A stretch of 64,000 nt of DNA, taken from NCBI GenBank assembly GCA_041690135.1, contig JAWLHY010000011.1, positions 96,001 through 160,000 on the forward strand, in the 5' to 3' direction. Positions 19,345 through 29,039 of this stretch are shown one piece after another (positions within the stretch are counted from its first letter, which is position 1; each line of letters opens with the position of its first letter). A program made the translations under genes and the position numbers. The notes under the pieces are model-generated. The model worked only from the letters and a program-made list of their open reading frames with translations. It was not told the DNA's origin and made no database searches. This stretch comes from Armatimonadota bacterium (GTDB lineage Bacteria > Armatimonadota > SYMT01).

Positions 19345-19712
19345 CCGCAGAGACGCTGAGCACGCTGAGGTAACGCAGAGGGGAAAGAGAGAGTTGGGTA
19401 AGGGCAATCATTCGACGCCAACGGTAAGCCAGATCAATGTCCAGGAACCAATCAGTTGGGATTGACAGCCGCGAGTATTTGTCTCAACGCAGAATTGCGA
19501 TGCGTACCGGTTGGGCTACAACCACTCTCCGATAGAACACCATTGCCCGCCGGGTACTCGCACGCAGCGCACAGCCGTTCATGGCTCGACTTGCCTCTTC
19601 TCGACTGTTACCGCCGGCGGAACTCCCGTCTACAAATCTCATTGAGGTTCGTTTTTCTCTTCTCCTCTGCGTCACCTCAGCGTCCTCTGCGTCTCTGCGG
19701 TTAATTCGGTTC
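19333..19712. mobile_element. MITE-like element with ~49-bp terminal inverted repeats
   Basis: 19333-19381 (GAACCGGATTAACCGCAGAGACGCTGAGCACGCTGAGGTAACGCAGAGG) is nearly the reverse complement of 19664-19712; lower-GC interior. Confidence 0.6.
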
Positions 19713-19725
19713 CGGTTCCCCTCGC

Positions 19726-21564
19726 TCACGGGAGGGCGAAGGCGACGAAGGCGTCGCCGGTGTGGGGGCCGTAGAACTTGCCGCCGCCGGCCGCGATGAC
19801 CACGTATTGCTTGCCGTCCACCGTGTAGGTGCAGGGGGCGGCGAAGCCGGGGGCCGGGAGGGCGTGCTGCCAGAGGGTTTCGCCGGTGGCGCTGTCGAAG
19901 GCGCGGATGCGGGAGTCCTTGGTGGCGGCGATGAAGACGAGGTTGCCGGCCGTGACCAGCGAGCCCCCCAGGTTGGGCGTGCCGGTAGGCGGGATCCCCT
20001 TCGCGGTCAGCTCGGGGAATTCCCCCAGCACCTTCGACCACCGGTACCGGCCGGTGTCCAGGTTCACCGCCAGCAGCTTGCCCCAGGGCGGCTTCACGCC
20101 GGGGTAGCCGTTCTGGTCGCGGAACCACTGGTAGGTGAACCCGCCGGTGCCGTCGCGGTTCATCTCGATGATCGCGGGCTCCTCGTTGGAGTTGAAGTAG
20201 AGGGTGCGGGTGCGGGGATCGAACGAGCCGCCGCTCCAGGGGGAGCCGCCGAAATAGCCGGGTGCGGTCACGGTCCCTTCCGGGGTGGGGGCCTCGTACT
20301 TCCGACCGGAGCGCAGCTTGCGGAACTTCTCCCGCATGAAGGCTTTGGTCTCTGGGGTGATGTCGGAGAGGTCCGCTTCCGTCACGATCTGCAGCGCGTA
20401 GGGGGCGGGCAGCTCCGGCTCCGGCTGGGTGGGCCACGCCTTCTCGCCCAGGATCTCGGAGGCGGGCGCGGGGACCTCGCGGACCGGGAAGAGCGGCTTT
20501 CCGGTCTTGCGGTCGAGCAGGAAGAGAAGGCCGCGCTTGGTGAGCTGCGCCACGGCGTCGACGTTCTTTCCCTTCCGCCGGACGGTGCAGAGGAGTGGTT
20601 GGCTGGCGTTGTCCCAGTCCCACAGGTCGTGGTGCGTCGTCTGGAAGTGCCAGAGGCGCTTGCCGGTCTTGGCGTCCAGGGCCAGGACGCAGTTCCCGAA
20701 CAGGTTCGCGCCCAGCCGCTTTCCGCCGTAGAAGTCGCCGGTCGGCGAGCCGGTGGCGGCGAAGAGGATGCCCCACTTCTCGTCCAGGGTGAAGCCGTTC
20801 CACGGGTTGGCGCCGCCGCTCACCTCCCGCCCGCCGTTCTCCCAGGTCTCGCTGCCGAACTCGCCCTTTTCCGGGATGACATGGAACCGCCAGGCAAGCT
20901 TGCCCGTGGGGATGTGGAAGGCGAGGATATCGCCGGGATAGGCGCCGTACCCCTCGCCGGTGGCGGGCCCGAGGAAGGCGAGGTCGCGGTAGACCATGGG
21001 TGGGGCGGAGAAGCCGATGTAGGCGTTCTTCCAGCGCTCCTCCACCCGGTCGCGGACCTCCACGCCCCGCGGGCCGTAGACGGGGTCCGGCTGCCCGGTG
21101 GCGGCATCCACGCTGACCAGGCGGCCGTCCGGCGTGCCCATCAGGATCCGCCGCTTGCCGTTCCGCTTCCCGTCGGACCAGTAGGCCACCCCGCGGTTGG
21201 AGATCCGGTGCCCGCTCCGCTTCGGATCGACGCCGGTCCGGAACCGCCACTTCTCTTTTCCCGTGGCGGGATCGAGCGCGGCGATCTCGGCCTGGACCGT
21301 GCTCACGTACATCACGCCGTCGACCACGATAGGGGTGCACTGGAGGGGTCGCTGCCCATCCGAATCGCCGGTGTGGTAGGTCCAGGCCACGGCGAGGTCC
21401 TTCACGTTGCCGCGGTGGATCTGCGCCAGGGTGGAGAACCGTTTCGCGCCGGGATCGTTGCCGAAATACGGCCACCCCTGATTGCGCGGCGCCCCACTGG
21501 CCAGCGAGGTAGCCAGGCAAGCCGCCACTCCACATCCGATTCCCGTCGCCCATCCACTCCGCAT
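19726..21564 (-). CDS. PQQ-dependent dehydrogenase (glucose/quinate GDH-like beta-propeller)
   Basis: WPYFGND, CTPIVVDGVMY, NRGVAYW, GGANPW, WHFQTTHHDLWDWD, PPWG.L.AVNL, GKQYVVIAAGGG. Confidence 0.9.
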   Translation of the reverse strand: MRSGWATGIGCGVAACLATSLASGAPRNQGWPYFGNDPGAKRFSTLAQIHRGNVKDLAVAWTYHTGDSDGQRPLQCTPIVVDGVMYVSTVQAEIAALDPATGKEKWRFRTGVDPKRSGHRISNRGVAYWSDGKRNGKRRILMGTPDGRLVSVDAATGQPDPVYGPRGVEVRDRVEERWKNAYIGFSAPPMVYRDLAFLGPATGEGYGAYPGDILAFHIPTGKLAWRFHVIPEKGEFGSETWENGGREVSGGANPWNGFTLDEKWGILFAATGSPTGDFYGGKRLGANLFGNCVLALDAKTGKRLWHFQTTHHDLWDWDNASQPLLCTVRRKGKNVDAVAQLTKRGLLFLLDRKTGKPLFPVREVPAPASEILGEKAWPTQPEPELPAPYALQIVTEADLSDITPETKAFMREKFRKLRSGRKYEAPTPEGTVTAPGYFGGSPWSGGSFDPRTRTLYFNSNEEPAIIEMNRDGTGGFTYQWFRDQNGYPGVKPPWGKLLAVNLDTGRYRWSKVLGEFPELTAKGIPPTGTPNLGGSLVTAGNLVFIAATKDSRIRAFDSATGETLWQHALPAPGFAAPCTYTVDGKQYVVIAAGGGKFYGPHTGDAFVAFALP

Positions 21565-21726
21565 CGGTCACACCTTTTCCTCGAGATCGACTCCTGAAGG
21601 GCGACTTCGCTGCGGGGCGCCGAAACCCCTCCCGCTATGCGGAGTAAGATGAGGACGGCGATTAGGAAGTGGCCGGGGGCTTGAGAGGGTGGCGGGCCGG
21701 AAGGGTTCGCGCCTCCCGGCCAATTG

Positions 21727-23223
21727 CTAATGTCCCGTCGTAACCGGCGTGGGTGCGTTGCCCTGGGCGAGGCATTCCCGCATGCGGGCGGGGAGTTCGT
21801 GCCGAAGGCAGCGGGCCACTTCCTCGTGGGTTTCGCCCAGGACAATCACCCCGATCCGGGACCCGCCCTGGAGCGACGATGGGTTGAAGAAGATAAGCCG
21901 GCCTTCTCCCGTGCGGTGGTCGTATAGCTCGGGCTCGAAGCGCTCGAGCAGATCGACAAACGCAAGCCGGTCCATGCCGGGCATCACCCATTCGCGCGTG
22001 GCGTAGGGCTGTTGGGTCCAGTCCCCGAAAAGACGGTTCACCAGGTTCATCGGCAGGGAGGTGCCGCCCCACCGGCCGTTGCACTCGATCAGCTCCAGGC
22101 GGCACGTTTCCGCCTCGCTCCCCACCAGCAGCGCGTCGAACGAGCAGCGGCCCGCGTAGCCCAATTGCTGATACAGCAGGCCCAGCAGCCAGGTCCGGTT
22201 CACCATAAGCCGCTCCAGTGCCGCGGGGAGGCGGGTCGGGCGGCATCCGGCGAACACGGTGCCGCTGGTGATGACCTGCTCGAACAGACCTTCGACCAGC
22301 GGCGGCCCCTGTTCCGACGGCGGAATCCAGAGCTGCGCGGAAGGGGCGGCGAGCACCGGGCTTTCCCAGGCGCTGACCAGCATGCAGGTCTCTCCGTGCT
22401 CGGGGAAGTCCCACAACTCCTCCTGGAGCTTTTCGCGGATGGCGTGCAGGGAGGCGCCGCGGAACGGCTCCGTCTCGAGCACCAGGTTGCCGCCGCCTCC
22501 CGCGGAGTTCGGGAGCTTCAGCACCAGGCGGTCCGCTTTCTCGCTGATCTCACGTACATGTTCGGCCAACCACGCCAGGTTGCCGGCCGCCTCCGTGGGC
22601 GGCAGGGCCGCCTCGCCGAAGAGACGCTCCACTGTGCGGGCGAAACCGGCTTTGTTATTGACCCAGAGGCTGATCTCCGGAAGCGGTCCCACGACGTGGA
22701 GCGGCTGACGGGCCGCGTCGTGCAGCAGCGTCGCCAGTTCCCACGTCGAGAAGGTGCCCATGTGGGGGTGGAGGTACTGCAGGCGCCCATCCTGGAGGGC
22801 TTGCGTGAGGGTAGCGCGCACGCGTTGATCCTGCCAGCAGTTCAAGGCGAGATGCGTGGACTCGCCTCGCGGGTGCAGCCATTCCACGGACCCCAGGCCC
22901 AGCCAGTCGCGACAGTAAGCTTCGTAGCCGTCGGGAGGCGGCGCGTGCGTGACCACGAGATCCCCGTCCGCGGCGCGCATCCGGGCGCGGTCCTGGTAGC
23001 AGGAGAGATCGCGACCTTCCTCCCCCCAGCGGATTTCGCCCAGGTCATCCAGCACGAGGCTGCAGCCGTCTTTCAGCGCCGACGGCCGGTGCGGAGCGAA
23101 CTGCGCGTCGCGCTCCAGCTCGGGCAACTCTTCCCGGAGCTCCGCCGCCAGGGCCTCGACACGCCGCAGGTCCGCGGGATTCACATCCGGCGTATGGTGG
23201 GGAACGATCACGACCCCTTGCAT
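21727..23223 (-). CDS. Pre-ATP-grasp + ATP-grasp (PGM1-like peptide/amine ligase) protein
   Basis: NNKAGF, VLKLPNSAGGGGN, PSAQLWI, GRCSFD, IECNGRWGG. Confidence 0.7.
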   Translation of the reverse strand: MQGVVIVPHHTPDVNPADLRRVEALAAELREELPELERDAQFAPHRPSALKDGCSLVLDDLGEIRWGEEGRDLSCYQDRARMRAADGDLVVTHAPPPDGYEAYCRDWLGLGSVEWLHPRGESTHLALNCWQDQRVRATLTQALQDGRLQYLHPHMGTFSTWELATLLHDAARQPLHVVGPLPEISLWVNNKAGFARTVERLFGEAALPPTEAAGNLAWLAEHVREISEKADRLVLKLPNSAGGGGNLVLETEPFRGASLHAIREKLQEELWDFPEHGETCMLVSAWESPVLAAPSAQLWIPPSEQGPPLVEGLFEQVITSGTVFAGCRPTRLPAALERLMVNRTWLLGLLYQQLGYAGRCSFDALLVGSEAETCRLELIECNGRWGGTSLPMNLVNRLFGDWTQQPYATREWVMPGMDRLAFVDLLERFEPELYDHRTGEGRLIFFNPSSLQGGSRIGVIVLGETHEEVARCLRHELPARMRECLAQGNAPTPVTTGH

Positions 23224-23253
23224 TGCTCCCTCCTCCCCTCCCGCTTCTTCATT

Positions 23254-24102
23254 TCAATTTGCCGTCCCTATCGGCACGATACGGGTATGGACCGATCCGT
23301 CCACGACCACCACGCTCCGATCGGGGACCTCCTGCCACTCCTCGTGCGAGATCGGCTCCGACGCGACGATCACCGCCCGGTACGGAAACCCCGGCGTGTG
23401 ATGCACGTGCGGAATGCCGCAAATCTCGCAGTCCCGTATGCCGTCCCGTTCTACCCAATAAAGGGTGTGGTTCCACCGGGTAGCGATGAGGTAGTGACCA
23501 TCGGTCAGCAGGAAGTTGAGACGCGGGGTCTCCGTGGGGTCCGCTTCTGCACACCAGCCGGCCAGTTCAGCGACGGCCGTGCCGAGCAACTCGGCCAGGG
23601 GCGGAAGCGTATCCGCCGGCCGCTCCGGGCTGATGCCCGCTCGCTCCATGCGGGCGAGGAGCCAGTAGAACGCCAGTTCGCTATCGGTGGTCCCGCGGCG
23701 GAGGGCGCACAGGTGGGGAGGAATCTCGTCTTCCATGCGAGGAGCCACGTGTTCGAAGCCGGTAACCGTGCCGTTGTGGGCGAAGATCCAGGGACCATGG
23801 GTGAACGGGTGTGTGTTCGCGATCTGCGGCTGGCCGACCGTGGCCTTCCGCACGTGCGCGATCACGGTCTCGGAGAAGACCCGCTCCGCCGCCATGCCGA
23901 AGTGCAGGTCGGCGTGGGCGGCCGCGGCCCGGCGCTCCACGGCGGGCGCGTTGCTCCGGTAGAAGCCGATGCCCCAGCCGTCCGAGTGGGAAATTCCCCG
24001 CATATCGCCGCGGCTCTGAATCAATAGCGCGTTCTGCGCCCGGGCGAGGGTGCACTCGACCTTCGTCTCCTCATTCGACCGGAACCCGTAGAGCCGGCAC
24101 AT
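23254..24102 (-). CDS. Class II (Ntn) glutamine amidotransferase, YafJ/EgtC-like
   Basis: N-terminal MCRL, DGWGIG, IAHVRKATVG, NTHPF, FAHNG, GTTDSE, VASEP. Confidence 0.9.
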   Translation of the reverse strand: MCRLYGFRSNEETKVECTLARAQNALLIQSRGDMRGISHSDGWGIGFYRSNAPAVERRAAAAHADLHFGMAAERVFSETVIAHVRKATVGQPQIANTHPFTHGPWIFAHNGTVTGFEHVAPRMEDEIPPHLCALRRGTTDSELAFYWLLARMERAGISPERPADTLPPLAELLGTAVAELAGWCAEADPTETPRLNFLLTDGHYLIATRWNHTLYWVERDGIRDCEICGIPHVHHTPGFPYRAVIVASEPISHEEWQEVPDRSVVVVDGSVHTRIVPIGTAN

Positions 24103-24105
24103 GGC

Positions 24106-24621
24106 TTATTCCCCCCGGGTAGCCGTGGCCGTCGGAAGCTCCCGGTGCGGCAGCTCGCTCCAGCGTCGCCCCCGCTCTCGGAACGCCAGGAGCCGCTCCA
24201 GGAGTCGCGCTTGGTCCTGGGCATCGAGGGTTGTCACGTGGCTCACCAGCGTCCCGCAGCTCAGGACATGCTCGAAGGCCGTCTGCAAGCCCCGGAGCAG
24301 GCGCGTTCGCTCCCCATCGGAGAACGGTTCCGCCGCTTCTTTCCCCAGCAGCGCCTTCACGACCTCCTGCCCTTCGTGGTGTTCGGCGTACAGCATCGCG
24401 GTGTCTTCTGCGCCCAGCATGCGAGCCACCTGCGGATAGAACACCTTCTCCTCGAATTCCATGTGCGGCCCGGCCACGCGGTCCAGCTCCTGCGCCCGTG
24501 CGGACGCCTCGGCGAGGGTGCCCCGCTCGACCGCGTCGCGCAGGCCGACCAGCGCGCGGGTGACCTTCTGGTGGTCTTCGATAAACGCCTGCGCCAGGGG
24601 CGATTCGCAATGAGGATGCAT
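24106..24621 (-). CDS. Hemerythrin-domain protein
   Basis: EDH, HMEFEEKVFYP, AEH and EHV motifs; ATG at 24621 (the longer ORF runs into a simple repeat). Confidence 0.7.
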   Translation of the reverse strand: MHPHCESPLAQAFIEDHQKVTRALVGLRDAVERGTLAEASARAQELDRVAGPHMEFEEKVFYPQVARMLGAEDTAMLYAEHHEGQEVVKALLGKEAAEPFSDGERTRLLRGLQTAFEHVLSCGTLVSHVTTLDAQDQARLLERLLAFRERGRRWSELPHRELPTATATRGE

Positions 24622-24787
24622 GGCTCTACTCCAGGGATGCCGGGAAAGACCTTGTTCACCCGGTTCCAGGGTCTCCCCCAGGCCCGTGGGTGAAACAGGA
24701 ATGGCGATTGTGTAGTATTTTAGATGATTTGACCCGATTGGTGAAGTGACCTGCCTGGAAGAGTAACGGGCGAAGACACGCGGGAAA

Positions 24788-24862
24788 AGATGAAGGATGA
24801 GGGATGAAGGATGAGGGATGAAGGATGAGGGAGCACTGGAAGGATGAAGGATGAAGGATGAA
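24788..24862. repeat. GGATGA(A/G) heptamer tandem repeat
   Basis: gatgaaggatgagggatgaaggatgagggatgaaggatgagg...gaaggatgaaggatgaaggatgaa. Confidence 0.85.
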
Positions 24863-25279
24863 AGCCTGACCACCCGAACACCCGGAGTGATCGGCTGCAG
24901 TTGCACTGCAGTCGGCGGGTGCCCCTTGGGCGATCGTGCGCAGTTGCACTGCGCCGCTCCTGACTTGGGGCCGGAACTTGCGATCTCAGTGATCCGGGAC
25001 GACTGCGAGACCACAGGCTTCCGCAGTGCAACTGCGGACGAAATAGTTCACGGGCAGTGCAACTGCCCGCGATCGACTTTCCCGACAACGTCCCGAACAC
25101 CTGATCACCCGAACACCGGCGGACGGGACGTCCGCGCTCCTGCACCGCGCCCAATGCCCAACGCCTAATGCCCAATCCATACAGGAGGTCCGAGGCGCGA
25201 CGGCCAACCCTCTTCCGGGAGAAAGCAGAGGCGCCCGTGCCTGGTGTCGCCTCTTCCTTGAAGGAAAGCCTGATCGTCC

Positions 25280-26230
25280 ATGAACCTGATGTCTACACTC
25301 AAGGGCTCGCTGCTGGAAGGGTTCTTTCCGGCCGGCTGGGACCTTGCCAAGATCGACGCGCTCGTCTCCGATAACCCCGCCGACCTGGCCCGGAGGGAGA
25401 GTTGGTGGAACCCCGCCTTCGAGCCGGTGGCCTGCGGCTCTCTGGAGGACTTCGAGGTCTACCTGGGCCACGAGATCGCCCGCGAGATCCAGCAGACGGG
25501 CCAGGCGGGGCAGCAACTGGCCATGATTCTGCCCGTCGGCCCAATGGGGATGTACCGGTGGGTGGTCTACTTCCTCAAAGAGTGGAACGTGGACTGCTCG
25601 CACGTCCACGGGTTCAACATGGACGAGTGGGCGGACGCCGAGGGGAACACCCTCGCCTCGGACGACCCCGGCGCCTTCCAGAACGCCATGGAAGGAGCGT
25701 TCTACGGTCCCCTGGGCGCGCGCACCGTCCCGGCGGCGCAGCGGCACTTCGCGCTGAAGGATCAATTGCCGCAGTATGCCGAGCAGATCGGCGCCATCCA
25801 GAAGGAAGGGGGCCGGCTCGTCACCGTGTTCGGCGTGGGGCGCGTTTGTCATATCGCCTTCTGGGAGCCGCATTTCGCCGCGGAGTTCGAGACGGAGGCC
25901 GAGTGGCGCGCGCAGACCCATCGCCTGGGAGCCCGCCTCCACCCGCTGACGATCGAGCAGAACGCCATCACCAGCTTCAAGAGCCGCACCACGCTGGTCC
26001 CCGCCTTCGCGAACACCGTGGGCCCCGGCCTTTTCCTGAACTCCGACCGGATCATCGGCGGCTGCGACGGCACGCTGGGCCGCGGCATGATGTGGCAGGG
26101 CCTCTCCCTCTGGATGACGCTGCACCACGAGCCGTCTACCTGGATCCCCAGCAGCTACATGCCGACCCTTCCCGGCCGCCTGTTCTACCTGGACGAGCTC
26201 GCCGGCCCCCTGGTAGCCGAGTGCAATTAA
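25280..26230 (+). CDS. Glucosamine-6-phosphate deaminase/isomerase (NagB-fold)-like protein
   Basis: [26 protein letters not shown]; AAGGA RBS-like sequence upstream. Confidence 0.8.
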   Translation: MNLMSTLKGSLLEGFFPAGWDLAKIDALVSDNPADLARRESWWNPAFEPVACGSLEDFEVYLGHEIAREIQQTGQAGQQLAMILPVGPMGMYRWVVYFLKEWNVDCSHVHGFNMDEWADAEGNTLASDDPGAFQNAMEGAFYGPLGARTVPAAQRHFALKDQLPQYAEQIGAIQKEGGRLVTVFGVGRVCHIAFWEPHFAAEFETEAEWRAQTHRLGARLHPLTIEQNAITSFKSRTTLVPAFANTVGPGLFLNSDRIIGGCDGTLGRGMMWQGLSLWMTLHHEPSTWIPSSYMPTLPGRLFYLDELAGPLVAECN

Positions 26231-26236
26231 CAGGGC

Positions 26237-27001
26237 ATGAAGAACACTGTACTTAGCCTATTGGCGCACCCCGACGACGCGGAGTTTCTCTGCGTGGGGA
26301 CCATGGCCCGGTTGGTCCGGGAGCATGGGTGGGAGGCGCATATCGCCACGATGACGCCGGGGGACTGCGGCTCGGCCGAGCTGGGGCCGGAGGAAATCTC
26401 GGGGGTCCGGCGGGCGGAAGGGGCCGCGGCGGCCGCGTTCTTGGGCGCAACCTATCACTGCCTGGAAGAGCGGGATCTATTGGTTTTCTATAACCAGACG
26501 GCGCTCGAGAAGGTGGTTCGGCTGTTCCGGGAGGTGCGGCCGCGGATCGTGATCACGCACAGCCCGGCGGACTACATGCTGGACCACGAGATGACCAGCG
26601 TGCTGGCCCGCGCGGCGGCGTTCGGGGCGCCGATCCGCAACTTCTGCCTGGACCGGGGCCACGCGCCGGCCCTGGAGCACATCCCCCACCTGTACTACGC
26701 GGACCCGATCGAGGGGAAGGATCCCATGGGCCGCACCGTAGAGGCGGGCTTCTGCGTGGATATCACCTCCACGCTCGACCTGAAGCGGGAGATGCTTTGC
26801 GCGCACGCGAGCCAGCGGGAGTGGCTGCTGAAGCACCACGGGATGGACGAGTACGTCACGGCCATGGAAGAGTGGGCCGCGGCGCGCGGGAAGCTCTGCG
26901 GGGTTGCCGCCGCGGAGGGCTTCCGGCAGCACCTCGGCCACAGCTACCCGCAAGACAACCTGCTGGAGGTACTGCTGGGCCGCCCGCAAGGGGGTGCGTA
27001 A
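26237..27001 (+). CDS. PIG-L/LmbE family deacetylase
   Basis: AHPDDAE, MT.GDCGS, R.AEG..AA, ITHSP.DY..DHE, H.SQ, AEGF. Confidence 0.9.
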   Translation: MKNTVLSLLAHPDDAEFLCVGTMARLVREHGWEAHIATMTPGDCGSAELGPEEISGVRRAEGAAAAAFLGATYHCLEERDLLVFYNQTALEKVVRLFREVRPRIVITHSPADYMLDHEMTSVLARAAAFGAPIRNFCLDRGHAPALEHIPHLYYADPIEGKDPMGRTVEAGFCVDITSTLDLKREMLCAHASQREWLLKHHGMDEYVTAMEEWAAARGKLCGVAAAEGFRQHLGHSYPQDNLLEVLLGRPQGGA

Positions 27002-27412
27002 CCAGGAAGGTACTGTGCGGAACCGGTGGGACGCTGTGAACGCGGCGGCTACCGGTTCCGCAATCCTCCAGGGGACCGCCTTCACATCCCGCCAGGCGAC
27101 GGGCGGCGTTGGAATGGCAACCGGTTCCGCAATTCGCTGGGCAGCCACGACGTTCACGACTCGCCAGGCGATGGGCGGCGTCAGGCAATTATCTGGTTAC
27201 GCCGCTCAGCGCAGTAGTGTGCACAGATTCCCAGTGACTCCCTGAAATCAGCAAGATGCTGTTGCCCTTCTGTACCGTCAGGTCAGCGGCTGGACTCGGC
27301 CGCCCGGACGGGCGCTTTGGAGTAGCCGCCTGGTGGGAATCCGCATGTAGAGGCGATACCGGAAGCCCACACAACCAGTCTACCTCTGGGAGGAGTGCGG
27401 GAGGCAAGGTCA

Positions 27413-28480
27413 ATGGATGCCCGCCCATCAGCGATGCTGCCGATCAACACTGCGCATTGGACTGTCGACTCTTTCCACACCCTGCCTGAGCCGCAGGTCA
27501 CCACGACACGCTACTGGCTGCGAGCGGAGCCGCTTGCCCTTGCCAGTCTCCATGCGGACGGCAGGCACACGGTCATCGACGTTCGGGGGGAGATTACGTT
27601 CTATCCTTACAATAACGAGTGCATTCTCTACCAGCACTCTGGAGAGGCAGACCCACCACAGGAAAGGCTTCCGCGCGACGTCTTGCCGTGGGGACCGTGG
27701 AAGTTCGTGAAGCCTGAAGGAGAGCCCTGCGTGTTTAGCCAGGAGAGTGGTTGGAGACTCGCATGGGATCTGCTAAACGGCCAGGATGCCGTGCGATGCT
27801 GGATGGACTACCCTTCCGGCAACCACCGGATCGAGTACACGCACTGGCTCGAGCCATCTACCGGATTGATGCTGCGATGGCAACGGCGTGAGATCGACCC
27901 ACAATCGGGACAACTGTTTTCGGAGGCCATTAGCTCCGACTACGCCTACGATGTTGCGCCCCCAGACGGGATTTTCGACCTTCCGCCGGCCGGCATGCCC
28001 CTTCTGGTGAGAAACCTGGACGAGGATGACCTTACCGGCAGCCTCCCGCCGCCGGAGCGCGCAAAGATCGAGCGCGTAATCGCCATGTCCGATGCGGCGT
28101 GGCTGACGTCCGACGTGCTGAAGTTCCGTCGGGCCTGGACCTTTACCCGCACCGGGCATCTGTCCAACCTCCCCTCCCAGGCGGAGTGGGAGCGGTGCGT
28201 CGGCGCAATGGCCGGTTTGATGTCACAGTGGGAGAGCACCATCAGTACGATTCGGAAGTCGGATTGTGTGTATCGGAGAACCGGCCCAAGCTCTGCCTGG
28301 ATGCTGCGAGCACCGGGGACGCTATGGGTCAAGGCGCGCCTGCGCTTCCAATGGTCCGCAACTGGCGGGGAGGGCGAGGTTGACACCGAGTACTTCCTGT
28401 TGAAGCGGTGGAATGGCTTCCGCATCGTGCACTGGGAGTATCCCGGCGCGGAAATCAGCGCCGCCCGGTCCGGAAACTAG
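27413..28480 (+). CDS. Hypothetical protein
   Basis: 355-aa ORF with a GGAGG RBS and weaker codon bias; C-terminal region has an NTF2-like pattern (..FRIVHW). Confidence 0.5.
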   Translation: MDARPSAMLPINTAHWTVDSFHTLPEPQVTTTRYWLRAEPLALASLHADGRHTVIDVRGEITFYPYNNECILYQHSGEADPPQERLPRDVLPWGPWKFVKPEGEPCVFSQESGWRLAWDLLNGQDAVRCWMDYPSGNHRIEYTHWLEPSTGLMLRWQRREIDPQSGQLFSEAISSDYAYDVAPPDGIFDLPPAGMPLLVRNLDEDDLTGSLPPPERAKIERVIAMSDAAWLTSDVLKFRRAWTFTRTGHLSNLPSQAEWERCVGAMAGLMSQWESTISTIRKSDCVYRRTGPSSAWMLRAPGTLWVKARLRFQWSATGGEGEVDTEYFLLKRWNGFRIVHWEYPGAEISAARSGN

Positions 28481-29039
28481 CGTGACCATAGAAACTGCCG
28501 CCTGGCGGGGCGGCGCAAGCGGAACTGCCAGTGAGCATCGGTCCGCACGGCTGCGGATTCCACGGCCCGCCAGGCGATGGGCGGCGATGGAGAGCTTCAG
28601 CCTTGATGGCCACCGGCTCCACGACCCGGCAGGCGATGGGCGGCCGGGTACCAAGACATTCCTTTTCGCACATGGCAAACGCTTAGCCGAGACGAAGCCT
28701 ACGCAATGCCGTCGCCGCCCTGGTAACCGCCTGGCTACGATTGAGGCGCCCGATGGGCTCCCGAATTCGAGAAGGAGCTTCGCGCTCTGTTGGCAGCCGC
28801 TTCTGAAGCGGTGTCATCTTCTTGCAGGTGGCTCGTGAAGCCAGATTGGCGGTAGAAACCCGAACGCCCGAGAGGGCACCTTAGATGTAGCCGGGCGGTT
28901 ACCAGGAGTGCGGTTCCTGATATCTGCAGGTAATCTGCCTCTGTGGGCCGCCCGTGCTGAGATGAGCTTTAGATCAGCAGCCCAGCACTCCATCGCCCGG
29001 CGGGGCGGCGCAATCAGAACCGCTCGTGTACCTTGTCAA

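Noticed and set aside
24622-25014. N-terminal extension of the hemerythrin ORF
   Set aside because: It translates a heptamer repeat (SFILHPSS) and intergenic DNA.
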